64,000 nt of DNA, taken from assembly GCA_041987545.1 (NCBI GenBank), contig JBHIWH010000006.1:100078-164077 (forward strand), given 5' to 3'. How positions within the stretch are numbered: the stretch's first letter is position 1; each line of letters opens with the position of its first letter. The position numbers and the translations under genes were made by a program. The notes below the pieces were generated by a model. The model made no database searches and was not told the DNA's origin. It saw only the letters and a list, made by a program, of their open reading frames with translations. This stretch comes from Phycisphaerales bacterium. GTDB taxonomy: Bacteria; Planctomycetota; Phycisphaerae; Phycisphaerales; UBA1924. Shown here piece by piece: positions 43,938 to 53,900 of the stretch.

Positions 43938-46244
43938 ATGCCGGGGGATCACCAGGACCATCACACCGCCGAGACCCGCACCTCCGCGACGGGACACGCG
44001 GAGAAGCCGGCGCCCGATGGGTTCGTCGGGCCCGAGCCCGGCGACACGATCGGCCGGTACCGCCTGGTCCGTCCCCTGGGCGAGGGCGGGTTCGGGACGG
44101 TCTGGCGGGCCGAGCAGACCGAGCCCGTGGTCCGCCAGGTCGCGCTCAAGCTGCTCAAGCCGGGGATGGACTCGCGGGCGGTGCTCGCCCGCTTCGAGGC
44201 CGAGCGCCAGGCGCTGGCGGTCATGGACCACGAGTGCATCGCCCGGGTGTTCGACGGCGGGGCGACGGACCGGGGCCTGCCCTACTTCGTGATGGAGCTG
44301 GTCGAGGGCGAGCCGATCACCCACTTCTGCGACCGCCACCGCCTGAGCGTGGGCAAACGCCTCTCGCTGTTCGTGCGTGTGTGCCAGGCGGTGCAGCACG
44401 CGCACGCCAAGGGCGTGATCCACCGGGACCTGAAGCCCTCGAACATCCTCGTGTTCATGGACGCACAGGGCGTCGCCCACCCGCGCGTGATCGACTTCGG
44501 CATCGCCAAGGCGCTCCGGGAGGACACGCCGGGTCGGACGGTCTTCACGCAGCAGGGCCAGCTGATCGGCACGCCCGAGTACATGAGCCCCGAGCAGGCC
44601 GACCCGTCGTGCGTGGACATCGACACGCGGACGGACGTGTACGCGCTGGGCGTGGTGCTCTACGAGCTGCTGACCGGGCGGAGGCCGTTCGACGCCCGGA
44701 CGCTCCGCGACGCCGCGATCGGGGAGATCCAGCGCGTGATCCGCGAGGTGGACCCGCCCAGGCCGAGCACGCGCCTGGCCTCGGCCCGGAGCCAGGACGA
44801 CAGCGACACGGCCCGGGTCGCCTCCGACCGGGGGACGCGCGTGGGCACGCTGGTCACGGCCCTGCGTCGCGACCTGGATTGGGTCGTCATGCGGTGCCTG
44901 GAGAAGCAGCGCGAGCGGCGGTACGCCTCGCCCTCGCAGCTGGCCGAGGACGTCGGTCGGTACCTGGCCTGCGAGCCGGTGGAGGCCGGCCCGCCGAGCG
45001 CGGCGTACCGGGCGAGCAAGTTCGTCCGGCGGCACCGGGTCGGCGTCGCGGTCGCGGCGATGGGGCTGGCGGCGCTGGTCCTGGGCGGGGGCGGCGCCGG
45101 CGCGGGGCTGGTCGCCGCGGTCCGGGCCAACGCCGACCTGCGGGCGCAGAAGGAGGCGACCGAGCGCGAGCTGACGCGGGCCCGCGAGGTCAAGGGCGTG
45201 ATCTCCGACATGCTCCTGTCCATCGAGCCCGATGTGGCGGAGCTGGCGGACGTGTCGCTGATGCTCAACACGCTGGCCGCGGCCGAGCAGCGCCTGGACT
45301 CGGGCGAGCTGACCGACCCGCTGATCCGCGCCGAGCTGCACCTGCTGATCGGGCGGGCGTACCTGTCCATCGGGCGGACCGAGGACGCGGGGCGCCACCT
45401 GCCCGAGGCCCGGGCGATCCGCGAGCGGGTCCTGGGCGCCGACGACCCCGAGACGATTATCGCCCGGACGTACGACGCGCACCTGCGGACCGAGCGGGGC
45501 GAGTTCGAGGAGGCGGCGGCGCTGCTGGAGGGGATCCTCGCGGATCGGCGACGCGTGCTCGGGGAGGACGCGCCGCTGACGGCCGCGTCGATGCACAACC
45601 TCGCGGGCGTCTACCTCGAGCTGTGGCGCCTCGACGAGGCCGAGGCGCTTTCGCGGGACGCGGTCGAGATCGCCCGGTCCCATGGCGAGGCGGGGGACCG
45701 CGACCGGGTGCTGTTCGCGACCAGGCTGGGCATCACGCTCGCCGACCAGGACCGCGTCGCCGAGAGCGAGGAGCTGCTCCGCGACGTGGCCGAGGAGTCG
45801 GCGCGCCTGCTCGGCCCGACGGACCCGCTGACGCTCAACGCGGCCCACGAGCTGAGCATCGCGATCCTGCTCCAGGGCCGGCGCGACGAGGCGATCGAGC
45901 TGTTCCGGGTCGAGCTGGACCAGTACCACCGGGTCTTTGGCCCGGTGCACCCGTTCACGATCGTGGCGGCCGAGCAGCTGGGCGAGACGCTGCTGGGCGG
46001 CGGGCGGTTCGCGGAGAGCGAGACCGTCCTTCGGGACCGCGTGGGCCTGGCGCTGCGCGAGCTGGCGCCCGACCACCCGTCGGTGGAGCGGCTGCTCGGG
46101 CGGATCGACCGCCTGTACGAGCAGTGGGCCCTGGCGGGCGGTCTGGGCGCGCAAGCGGCGCGGGGGGAATGGCGCGAACTGAGCGAGCGCGCGGCCGCCG
46201 GCGTGGCGCCCGACGCGCTGCCCGATCCGATCGCCTCGGAGTGA
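43938..46244 (+). CDS. serine/threonine protein kinase with one TM segment and a C-terminal TPR region
   Basis: LGEGGFGTVWRA, VALKLLK, HRDLKPSNILV, DFGIAK and GTPEYMSPEQ are present. A TM helix (VGVAVAAMGLAALVLGGGGAGAGLV) is followed by TPR-like repeats. Confidence 0.9.
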   Translation: MPGDHQDHHTAETRTSATGHAEKPAPDGFVGPEPGDTIGRYRLVRPLGEGGFGTVWRAEQTEPVVRQVALKLLKPGMDSRAVLARFEAERQALAVMDHECIARVFDGGATDRGLPYFVMELVEGEPITHFCDRHRLSVGKRLSLFVRVCQAVQHAHAKGVIHRDLKPSNILVFMDAQGVAHPRVIDFGIAKALREDTPGRTVFTQQGQLIGTPEYMSPEQADPSCVDIDTRTDVYALGVVLYELLTGRRPFDARTLRDAAIGEIQRVIREVDPPRPSTRLASARSQDDSDTARVASDRGTRVGTLVTALRRDLDWVVMRCLEKQRERRYASPSQLAEDVGRYLACEPVEAGPPSAAYRASKFVRRHRVGVAVAAMGLAALVLGGGGAGAGLVAAVRANADLRAQKEATERELTRAREVKGVISDMLLSIEPDVAELADVSLMLNTLAAAEQRLDSGELTDPLIRAELHLLIGRAYLSIGRTEDAGRHLPEARAIRERVLGADDPETIIARTYDAHLRTERGEFEEAAALLEGILADRRRVLGEDAPLTAASMHNLAGVYLELWRLDEAEALSRDAVEIARSHGEAGDRDRVLFATRLGITLADQDRVAESEELLRDVAEESARLLGPTDPLTLNAAHELSIAILLQGRRDEAIELFRVELDQYHRVFGPVHPFTIVAAEQLGETLLGGGRFAESETVLRDRVGLALRELAPDHPSVERLLGRIDRLYEQWALAGGLGAQAARGEWRELSERAAAGVAPDALPDPIASE

Positions 46245-46253
46245 CGCCGGCCC

Positions 46254-47324
46254 CTACTGGTCGTGCCCGGTGAACGCGGGCAGCTCGTGCCCGGCGTCCC
46301 TGAGCGTCTTCTCGCGGGAGGCCAGCTCCAGGTCGTGCTCGACCATCATCGCGACCAGCTCGTCGAAGCTCGTCGTCGGCACCCAGCCCAGCTTGGCCTT
46401 GGCCTTGGCCGGGTCGCCCAGCAGCAGGTCCACCTCGGCGGGCCTCAGGTACCGCGGGTCGAACTCGACGAACTCCTGAAAGTCCAGCCCGGCGTGCGTG
46501 AACGCCTTCTCGGCGAACTCGCGGACCGACCAGGTCTGGCCCGTCGCGACGACGTAGTCGTCGGGCGTGTCCTGCTGGAGCATGCGCCACATCATCTCGA
46601 CGTAGTCGCCCGCGAAGCCCCAGTCGCGCTTCGAGTCCAGGTTGCCCAGGAAGACCTTCTTCTGCAGACCCATCTTGATGCGGCCGACGGCGCGGGTGAT
46701 CTTGCGGGTGACGAACGTCTCGCCGCGGCGGGGGCTCTCGTGGTTGAACAGGATGCCGCAGGACCCGTGGATGTCGTAGCTCTCGCGGTAGTTCACGGTC
46801 GCCCAGTGGGCCATGACCTTGGCGCAGGCGTAGGGCGAGCGGGGGTAGAAGGGCGTGGACTCGCGCTGCGGGGTCTCGAGGACCTTGCCGTACATCTCCG
46901 AGCTGGACGCCTGGTAGTAGCGGACCTGCTGGCCCGACTTCTGCTGGAAGTCGCGGACGGCCTCGAGGAGCTTGAGGGCGCCCATCGCGACGGTCTCGGC
47001 GGTGTAGATGGGCATGTCGAAGGACACGCGGACGTGCGACTGCGCGCCCAGGTTGTATACCTCGTGGGGCTTGACCTCGTCCATGAGCTTGGACAGGTTG
47101 TTGGCGTCGCACAGGTCGCCGTAATGCAGGAAGAGGCGGGTGCCCTTGATGTGCGGGTCCTGGTAGCAGTGGTCGATTCGGTCGGTGTTGAAGGTGGAGG
47201 CGCGGCGGACGATGCCGTGCACCTCGTAGCCCTTCTCGAGCAGGAGCTCGGCGAGGTAGGACCCGTCCTGGCCGGTGATGCCGGTGATGATGGCCCGCCG
47301 GGCCTGGGAGTTGGTGTCGCTCAC
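46254..47324 (-). CDS. gmd: GDP-mannose 4,6-dehydratase
   Basis: [48 protein letters not shown] (YxxxK) and [17 protein letters not shown] are present. Confidence 0.93.
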   Translation of the reverse strand: MSDTNSQARRAIITGITGQDGSYLAELLLEKGYEVHGIVRRASTFNTDRIDHCYQDPHIKGTRLFLHYGDLCDANNLSKLMDEVKPHEVYNLGAQSHVRVSFDMPIYTAETVAMGALKLLEAVRDFQQKSGQQVRYYQASSSEMYGKVLETPQRESTPFYPRSPYACAKVMAHWATVNYRESYDIHGSCGILFNHESPRRGETFVTRKITRAVGRIKMGLQKKVFLGNLDSKRDWGFAGDYVEMMWRMLQQDTPDDYVVATGQTWSVREFAEKAFTHAGLDFQEFVEFDPRYLRPAEVDLLLGDPAKAKAKLGWVPTTSFDELVAMMVEHDLELASREKTLRDAGHELPAFTGHDQ

Positions 47325-47409
47325 GTGATGCTCCTCTGACGCCCGGGGGCGACTGCAAGCCTAGCCGTCGATTCTCGGACCGCCCTCGGCCCTGGCACTA
47401 CGCCGCCCT

Positions 47410-48792
47410 TCAGGGGGCGGGTTCGCCCGGGGCGGTATCGGCCGGCTTGGCCTCCGGCTCAACCTCGGGCCCGACGATCAGGGCCCGGGCCGTCAGCAGC
47501 CCCAGCACCAGGCTCAGCCCCAGGACCCCGAGTACGCGGACCGGGCGGACCAGCCTCGGGACGGGCCGGGCGCCCGGGGCGGCGAGGATCGCCGAGGCCA
47601 TCAGGGCCAGCAGCATCAGCAGGAACGGCTCGTGGTACCGCTGCCAGACGTTGTACGACGCGGTCTGGGCCGCGGCGAAGCCGGCCAGGGCGGCCAGCAC
47701 GATCCACCTCGTCCGAGTCGGCGTGCACGCGGCCCAGATCGTGAGCACCGCGGCGCCCACCGGCGCCAGGGCCAGCACGAGCACGCTCGTTCGCCCGCCC
47801 ACGACCGGGGCGGCCCGGACGATGTTCCACCAGCCCGAGTACCGCCCGCCCGACGTGCTCCAGGTGGTCTCCGGGATCAGCGCCAGGACGAGCCCGAGTG
47901 CCGCCGCCCCGCCCACGAGCAGCCAGACGCGCCGGTCGAGCGCGCGGATGCTCGGGATGAGGAAGGCAGACAAGGGCAGCGCGAGGATCGCGACCTCCAT
48001 GAGCATGAAGGGCGGCGCGGCGAGGTTGGCGCCCTGGACCTTGTCCTGGAACGTCGGCGGGCTCAGCCCCCCCCAGAGCTGCGCGAACCACCCGAGGGCG
48101 GCGAAGGCGGGGAGCGTGAGCACGATCGCGGCCGCGGTCCGCTTCACGCGGTGCGAGACGTCGTGGAAGATGTGCCCCTGCGCGCACGGGGCGTTGATCC
48201 ACGCGTGCGCCCAGACGACGCACGCGGCCCAGACGTGGATCTGCCGCACGCACACGAGCGCGACCAGGATCGCGCTCATCGCGATCAGTGTCCAGATCGT
48301 CGGTCGGCGGCCCAGGGCGAGCAGGATGATCGCCAGCACGCACAGCCACGCCGCGTTGTCGGGCAGCAGCCAGATCCCGGGAAACAAGCCGTACTGCGAC
48401 GCGATGAACAGCACGCACAGCAGTGCTCCGACCGCCCAGCCCGCCCGGCGCCCGCACCACCAGGCGAGCAGCCCGAGCAAGGCGGCCGTGAACAGGGCGC
48501 CCGCGAGCTGCAGCGTCATCGTCGAGTCGTCGATCCAGCGGGCCACGTGCGCGAGAACGAGGTGATAGCCGGGAGTCGTGGCCGACAGGTAGTCGCTCAG
48601 GTCCGGGCTCGGGAGCTGCTCGGCGAACGTGCGGATGGCAGGCTCGTGGTACTGGACCGAGTCCCAGGCCCCTCGCCCGCCCTCGTGCCCCGAGAAGATG
48701 AACGGGAGGGCGACGAGCAGGTAGATCGCGACGACGAGCGTCGGCGCCAGGGCGCCACGGCGCGTGCGCGCATCTCCAGTCTGCTCGGACAT
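47410..48792 (-). CDS. polytopic membrane protein, GT-C-like (putative polyprenyl-phosphate-sugar dependent glycosyltransferase)
   Basis: There are at least 10 hydrophobic helices, with an early loop GAWDSVQYHEPAIRTFAEQ. The ATG overlaps the stop of the upstream methyltransferase (ATGA). The function is inferred from topology and context only. Confidence 0.5.
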   Translation of the reverse strand: MSEQTGDARTRRGALAPTLVVAIYLLVALPFIFSGHEGGRGAWDSVQYHEPAIRTFAEQLPSPDLSDYLSATTPGYHLVLAHVARWIDDSTMTLQLAGALFTAALLGLLAWWCGRRAGWAVGALLCVLFIASQYGLFPGIWLLPDNAAWLCVLAIILLALGRRPTIWTLIAMSAILVALVCVRQIHVWAACVVWAHAWINAPCAQGHIFHDVSHRVKRTAAAIVLTLPAFAALGWFAQLWGGLSPPTFQDKVQGANLAAPPFMLMEVAILALPLSAFLIPSIRALDRRVWLLVGGAAALGLVLALIPETTWSTSGGRYSGWWNIVRAAPVVGGRTSVLVLALAPVGAAVLTIWAACTPTRTRWIVLAALAGFAAAQTASYNVWQRYHEPFLLMLLALMASAILAAPGARPVPRLVRPVRVLGVLGLSLVLGLLTARALIVGPEVEPEAKPADTAPGEPAP

Positions 48793-49502
48793 CACGCGTC
48801 CCCCTTCTCGAAGACGCGGAGCTCGTGCCCGTACCACAACCGGCTGTCGTCGCTCGAGTGGACGAGCGTGAGGGCGTGCTCGCCCGCCCACGCCTCGACG
48901 TCCTCGACGGGGCAGTAGCGGATGAGCTGGCGGGCCATGACCAGGTCGTGGGCCTGGTTGGCGAGTGCGCGCCAGCGGGGTCGGTCCACCATGTCCTTGT
49001 AGATGAAGCGTCCGCCGGGGACGACGCGGCTGGCGGCGTCGGCGATCAGGCCCCGGCGGGCGGCCGGGTGCACGTGGTGCATCACGTCGATGAGCATGAC
49101 GACGTCGAACCCGCCCTCGGGCACGCCCTGCTCGACGCGGCGGTGCTCGAAGGCCGGGGGGGTGGCGCCCCTGGGCCCGAGCCGGGCGGCGGCCGCGGTC
49201 GCCGCACTGATCGCCCCGGGCGAGGCGTCGAAGCCGAGCCCCGCGCTGATCTGCCCGCCGGCGGCCAGGGCGTTGAGCATCAGGCCCGTGCCGCACCCGA
49301 TGTCGAGGGCCGAGGCGCCCGGCGGGACCTGGGCCGCGACCAGCTCGAGCGGGCAGATCCGCGTCCGGTGGCGGCACATGACTCGGGTCAGCGGGCCGGC
49401 GTCGCGGTACAGATCCCCCCCCAGGTCTGCGATCCCCCGGGCCGACAGGTCGGCCGCCGGTGGGGCGGTCCGGGGCGTCGGGCTGGCGTCGGCGGGGGTC
49501 AT
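48792..49502 (-). CDS. class I SAM-dependent methyltransferase
   Basis: Motif I is ALDIGCGTGLMLNALAAGG and the post-I/II block is FDVVMLIDVMHHV. The start was set at MTPADASP (49502) to avoid overlap with the divergent UbiA-family gene. Confidence 0.8.
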   Translation of the reverse strand: MTPADASPTPRTAPPAADLSARGIADLGGDLYRDAGPLTRVMCRHRTRICPLELVAAQVPPGASALDIGCGTGLMLNALAAGGQISAGLGFDASPGAISAATAAAARLGPRGATPPAFEHRRVEQGVPEGGFDVVMLIDVMHHVHPAARRGLIADAASRVVPGGRFIYKDMVDRPRWRALANQAHDLVMARQLIRYCPVEDVEAWAGEHALTLVHSSDDSRLWYGHELRVFEKGDA

Positions 49503-49615
49503 GGGGGCGATCGTTGGCCGAGAATCGGGCGTCGGGCGGGCGTTTGTCCGGGGTGCGAGTGCAGGGGTGGCGGCGACATCGCCGATCCCTCGCCCACGGC
49601 CTCCCTCACCGGCGT

Positions 49616-50596
49616 ATGAGCGACGTGACTTCCAATCCGCACCCGCCACTGGCGTTCTCCCTGCTTCGGCTGGCGAGGGTCCACCAGTGGAGCAAGAGCG
49701 TCTTCGTCTTCATCGGCCCGTTCTACGCCTACACCCAGGACGGGGTCGGGCTGGGGGTCGGGGAGCTGGTCTTCCGGACGGTCGTCGCGGCCGCCTGCTT
49801 CGCCCTGGCCTCCAGCGGGTGCTACGTCTTCAACGACCTGATGGACGCCGCGGCGGACCGGGCCCACCCGAGGAAGCGTCGGCGTCCGATCGCCTCCGGG
49901 GCGGTCAGCCGCGGGCAGGCCCTGGTCTTCGGCGTGGTGCTGCTCCTGGCGGCCGGGGGGCTGCTGCTGCTCCTGCCCGCCCGGGCGGGCGCCTGGCTCG
50001 GGATCATCGTGGGGACGTACGTCGTGAGCGTGCAGCTCTACTCCCTGCGGCTCAAGCACATCGCGATCCTGGACGTGCTCATCCTGTCGCTGGGGTTCGT
50101 GCTGCGTGTGCTGGGCGGGTGCGCGGCGGTCTCGGTCACGCCCTCGACCTGGCTGCTCAACTCGACCTTGTTTCTCAGCATGTTCCTGGCCTTCGGCAAG
50201 CGTCTGGGCGAGCGTCGGAGCCTGGGCGACGAGGCCGCGGCGGCCCGGATGGTGCAGGGCGTCTACTCGGATCAGCTCCTGCGGATGGTGGTCGTCGTGA
50301 CGGCGGTCGCGACGCTGCTGACCTACGCCGGGTACGTGCAGGCGCGGGACGAGGACTACCGCCTGAGCCTGCAGGCGGCGGCCGACGGGCCCGGGTTCGG
50401 GCTCAACCTGCTCTGGCTGACGATCCTGCCCGCGGTCTACGCGCTGCTCCGGGCGATCACGCTGCTCGAGCGGGGGGAGCACGACGACCCGACGGAGCTG
50501 GCGATGCGGGACCCGCCGTTCCAGGCGGCGGCGCTGGTCTTCCTCGCGATCACGGCGGCGCTGGCGTTCTGGCAGCCGGTGATCGACACGGTGTGA
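49616..50596 (+). CDS. UbiA-family prenyl-phosphate phosphoribosyltransferase (decaprenyl-phosphate phosphoribosyltransferase-like)
   Basis: LLRLARVHQWSKSVFVFIGPFYA and NDLMDAAADRAHPRKRRRPIASG (NDxxDxxxD plus a basic loop), together with about 8 TM helices, match DPPR synthase (Rv3806c-type) features from memory. Confidence 0.75.
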   Translation: MSDVTSNPHPPLAFSLLRLARVHQWSKSVFVFIGPFYAYTQDGVGLGVGELVFRTVVAAACFALASSGCYVFNDLMDAAADRAHPRKRRRPIASGAVSRGQALVFGVVLLLAAGGLLLLLPARAGAWLGIIVGTYVVSVQLYSLRLKHIAILDVLILSLGFVLRVLGGCAAVSVTPSTWLLNSTLFLSMFLAFGKRLGERRSLGDEAAAARMVQGVYSDQLLRMVVVVTAVATLLTYAGYVQARDEDYRLSLQAAADGPGFGLNLLWLTILPAVYALLRAITLLERGEHDDPTELAMRDPPFQAAALVFLAITAALAFWQPVIDTV

Positions 50597-50947
50597 GCCT
50601 GAATATTCGGTCTTTGATTGGCTTGTGAGGGTGGCGGCCCCGCTCGGCGGCGTGTCGTGGGCCCGTGGTCGGCAGATTTCGGGCACATCGTGGGCATGCG
50701 GGGCGTTGAAGGGCCGATAGTCTGTGCATTCCGGCGGGCGTGAACACGGAAGGGCGTTCGTCGGTATGAGTGGACAACCGCTTGCCCGAGGGCGGGTTGT
50801 GGATGGCGGCGCCCGGTTGGGCGTCGGGCGGCAGGCCGCCGCCGACCGAATCACGAGATGTGGGACGGCGGGCGCCGTGCCCGGGCCGCGCAACTGATGC
50901 GCGGGGCCGGGGGCGGGCGACGCGAGAGACGAACAGGAGCGACATCG

Positions 50948-53900
50948 ATGGCCGGACTGAGCGAGCACGCACGGAAGAACCCACTCTTGATCGCGGGCGT
51001 GGTGGGCACGCTCGTCGGGCTGGCGCCGACGGCGGCGGTCGCGGTCGAGCCGCCGGCCGACGAGACCACGACGCAGCCGGCCGATGGCAACGAGAACCTC
51101 GAGATCGACCTGGGCGCGATCCAGGCGATGATGGGCGGCTCGCGGCCGGCGCCCCAGAAGAAGCAGGACTTCAAGCCGTGGAAGGAAGTCTCCCAGGGCT
51201 TCACGCAGGTGAACGCCTCGGGCGACGGCGGGAGCTACTACGGCATCTGGGTGAACAAGAAAGAGCAGCAGATGCTCGCCGAGCTGCCCCGCGGCTTCGA
51301 GCGGCACAAGCAGTTCTTCGCGATGACGGTCGCGGGCGGCGAGATCTTCGCCGGCCTCCAGGCGGGCGACATGTACGTCTACTGGAAGCGGTACGACGAC
51401 AAGCTGGCGCTGATCGCGCCGCAGATCTCGGTACGTTCGACGGGCGACCAGGAGTCCAAGGACTCGGTGGACATGATCTTCACCGACCGTGTGGTCCTGA
51501 GCGTGCCGATCGTGGCGATGGGCCCGAACGGGCAGCCGGTGATCGACATGGACGGGCTGCTGGTGGGCCAGGCGTCCAAGTTCTTCGGGGGCTCGGCCCG
51601 CGGGCTGCAGTCGGGGCTCTCGACGATCGAGGAGGCGAAGGTCTTCCCCCAGAACATCGAGCTGGCGTTCAAGGCGCCCGTCTCGAACGGGGCGTTTAAG
51701 ACGTTCCACTACTCGATCAGCCAGATCCGGGGGACGCCCGGGTACCGCCCGCGGGTGGCCGACGAGCGGGTCGGGTACTTCACGACCAGCTACCGGGACC
51801 TGGGCAAGCTGGAGCGCCACGAGGTGCCCGTCCGGTACATCAACCGGTGGAACCTGGAGAAGCGCGACGCCAAGCTGAAGAAGAGCCCGCCCAAGGAGCC
51901 CATCGTCTGGTACGTGGAGCACACGGCGCCCGTGCGATACCGGCGGTACATCCGCGAGGGCATCGAGTACTGGAACAAGGCGTTCGAGAACGTCGGGATC
52001 GTGGACGCGGTCGAGGTCCGGTTCCAGGACAAGACGACCGGCGCGCACATGGACAAGGACCCGGAGGACGTCCGGTACAACTTCATCCGCTGGCTGAGCA
52101 ACGACGTCTCGACGGCGATCGGCCCCAGCCGCGTCAACCCGATGACGGGCGAGATCCTGGACGCGGACGTGGTGCTGACCGACGGGTGGATGCGCGTCTA
52201 CCAGTACTGGTGGAAGGAGCTGATGCCGCAGCTGGCGACCGAGGGCTACAGCCCGCAGCTGCTGGCGTGGCTTGAGAAGAACCCGACGTGGGACCCGCGG
52301 GTGCGGATGGCGGACCCGGGCGAGCGTGAGGTGATGCTCGCCGAGCGGGCGCGGCGTGGCGTGCTGGCCTACGGCGGGCACCCGGCGGCGCAGGCGGACC
52401 CGACGCTGATCGGCGACGACGAGTACGACGGGCTGTACGGGCGGACGAGCCAGGTCGCGGGCACGTGCCACGCGGCCGGTGGCAAGGCGCTGGGCCTGGC
52501 CCAGATCCGGATGCACCTGGAGCTGGCGGCGTCGCTGGATGCCGAGAGGCTGAAGGCGGAGGCCGCGGCGGACGCGGCGGCGGACGCCGACCAGCCCGAG
52601 ATCACGCCCGAGATGATCGAGATGATCAAGAAGCAGCTGGAGCAGAACCCGGAGCTCAAGGCGATGATCCCGCCGGAGTACCGGGCGCTGCTCGAGGCCG
52701 AGATGGCCGAGCCCGAGGAGCCCGAGGAGGAGGGCGACGGGGAGGCCGAGGCCGAGGACGAGACGTCCGACGAGGACGTGGTGGCCGAGGACACGATCGA
52801 CGGGCTGCCCGAGTCGTTCATCGGGCCGATGCTCGCGGAGCTGGTGGCGCACGAGGTCGGGCACTGCCTGGGCCTGCGTCACAACTTCAAGGGCTCGAGC
52901 CGCTACTCGCTCGACGAGATCAACTCCGAGGACATGAAGGGCAAGAAGCCCTGGTCCACGACGGTGATGGACTACAACCCGGTGAACATCCGCGTCGCGG
53001 ACTACGGCGACGTGCAGGGCGACTGGGCCGTCATCGACATCGGCCCCTACGACATGTGGGCGATCGAGTACGGGTACACGCTCGACAAGCCCGAGAAGGT
53101 GCTCGAGCGGGTCGCGGACCCGGACCTGCAGTACGGCACGGATGAGGACACGTGGGGCCCGGACCCGCTGGCGCGTCGCTACGACATGTCCGCCGACCCG
53201 CTCGACTACGCCAAGAACCAGATGGCGCTGGCCCGGACGCACCGGGGGCAGCTGCTCGACAAGTTCGTCAAGGACGGCGAGAGCTGGAGCCGCGCACGCC
53301 GCGGGTACCTGATCACGCTCAGCCAGCAGACGCAGGCGCTGAGCATGATGTCCAACTGGGTGGGCGGCGCGCACGTCTACCGCGACAAGAAGGGCGACCC
53401 GGACGGGCGTCCCCCGATCGACGTGGTCGGTGTCGAGACGCAGCGCGAGGCGCTGGACTTCGTCATCGAGAACGCGTTCTACGACGACGCGTTCGGCGTC
53501 ACGCCCGAGCTGCTCAACCACATGACCGTGGACAAGTGGTGGGACGACGACGGCTGGGCCGCGATCTTCGAGGACCCGACCTTCCGAATCAACGACCGGA
53601 TCCTGGCGATCCAGGCCTCGACGCTGACCAACCTGCTCAACCCCATGACCCTCGGTCGCGTGCTCGACAACGAGTCGTTCATCCCGAGCGACGAGGACGC
53701 GGTGACGCTGCCCGAGGTCATGAACAAGGTGACGACGGCGGCGTGGGATGAGATCGACGGGTCCTCCACCAAGCGGTACACGAACCGCAACCCGATGATC
53801 TCCTCGCTGCGGCGCAACCTGCAGCGCGAGCACCTGCAGCGGCTGATCGACCTGTCGATGCAGTCGGACGGGTACGTCGCGGCCCAGAAGCCGATCGCGA

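Noticed and set aside
41778-46154. A 1458-aa minus-strand ORF, and the 1185-aa plus-strand ORF 42716-46273, spanning the ECF/EEP/kinase region.
   Set aside because: The translations are dominated by Arg/Pro/Gly/Ala runs with no motifs, as expected for off-frame or antisense reading of ~70% GC DNA where stop codons are rare. They overlap ORFs with clear sigma-70, EEP and kinase signatures.
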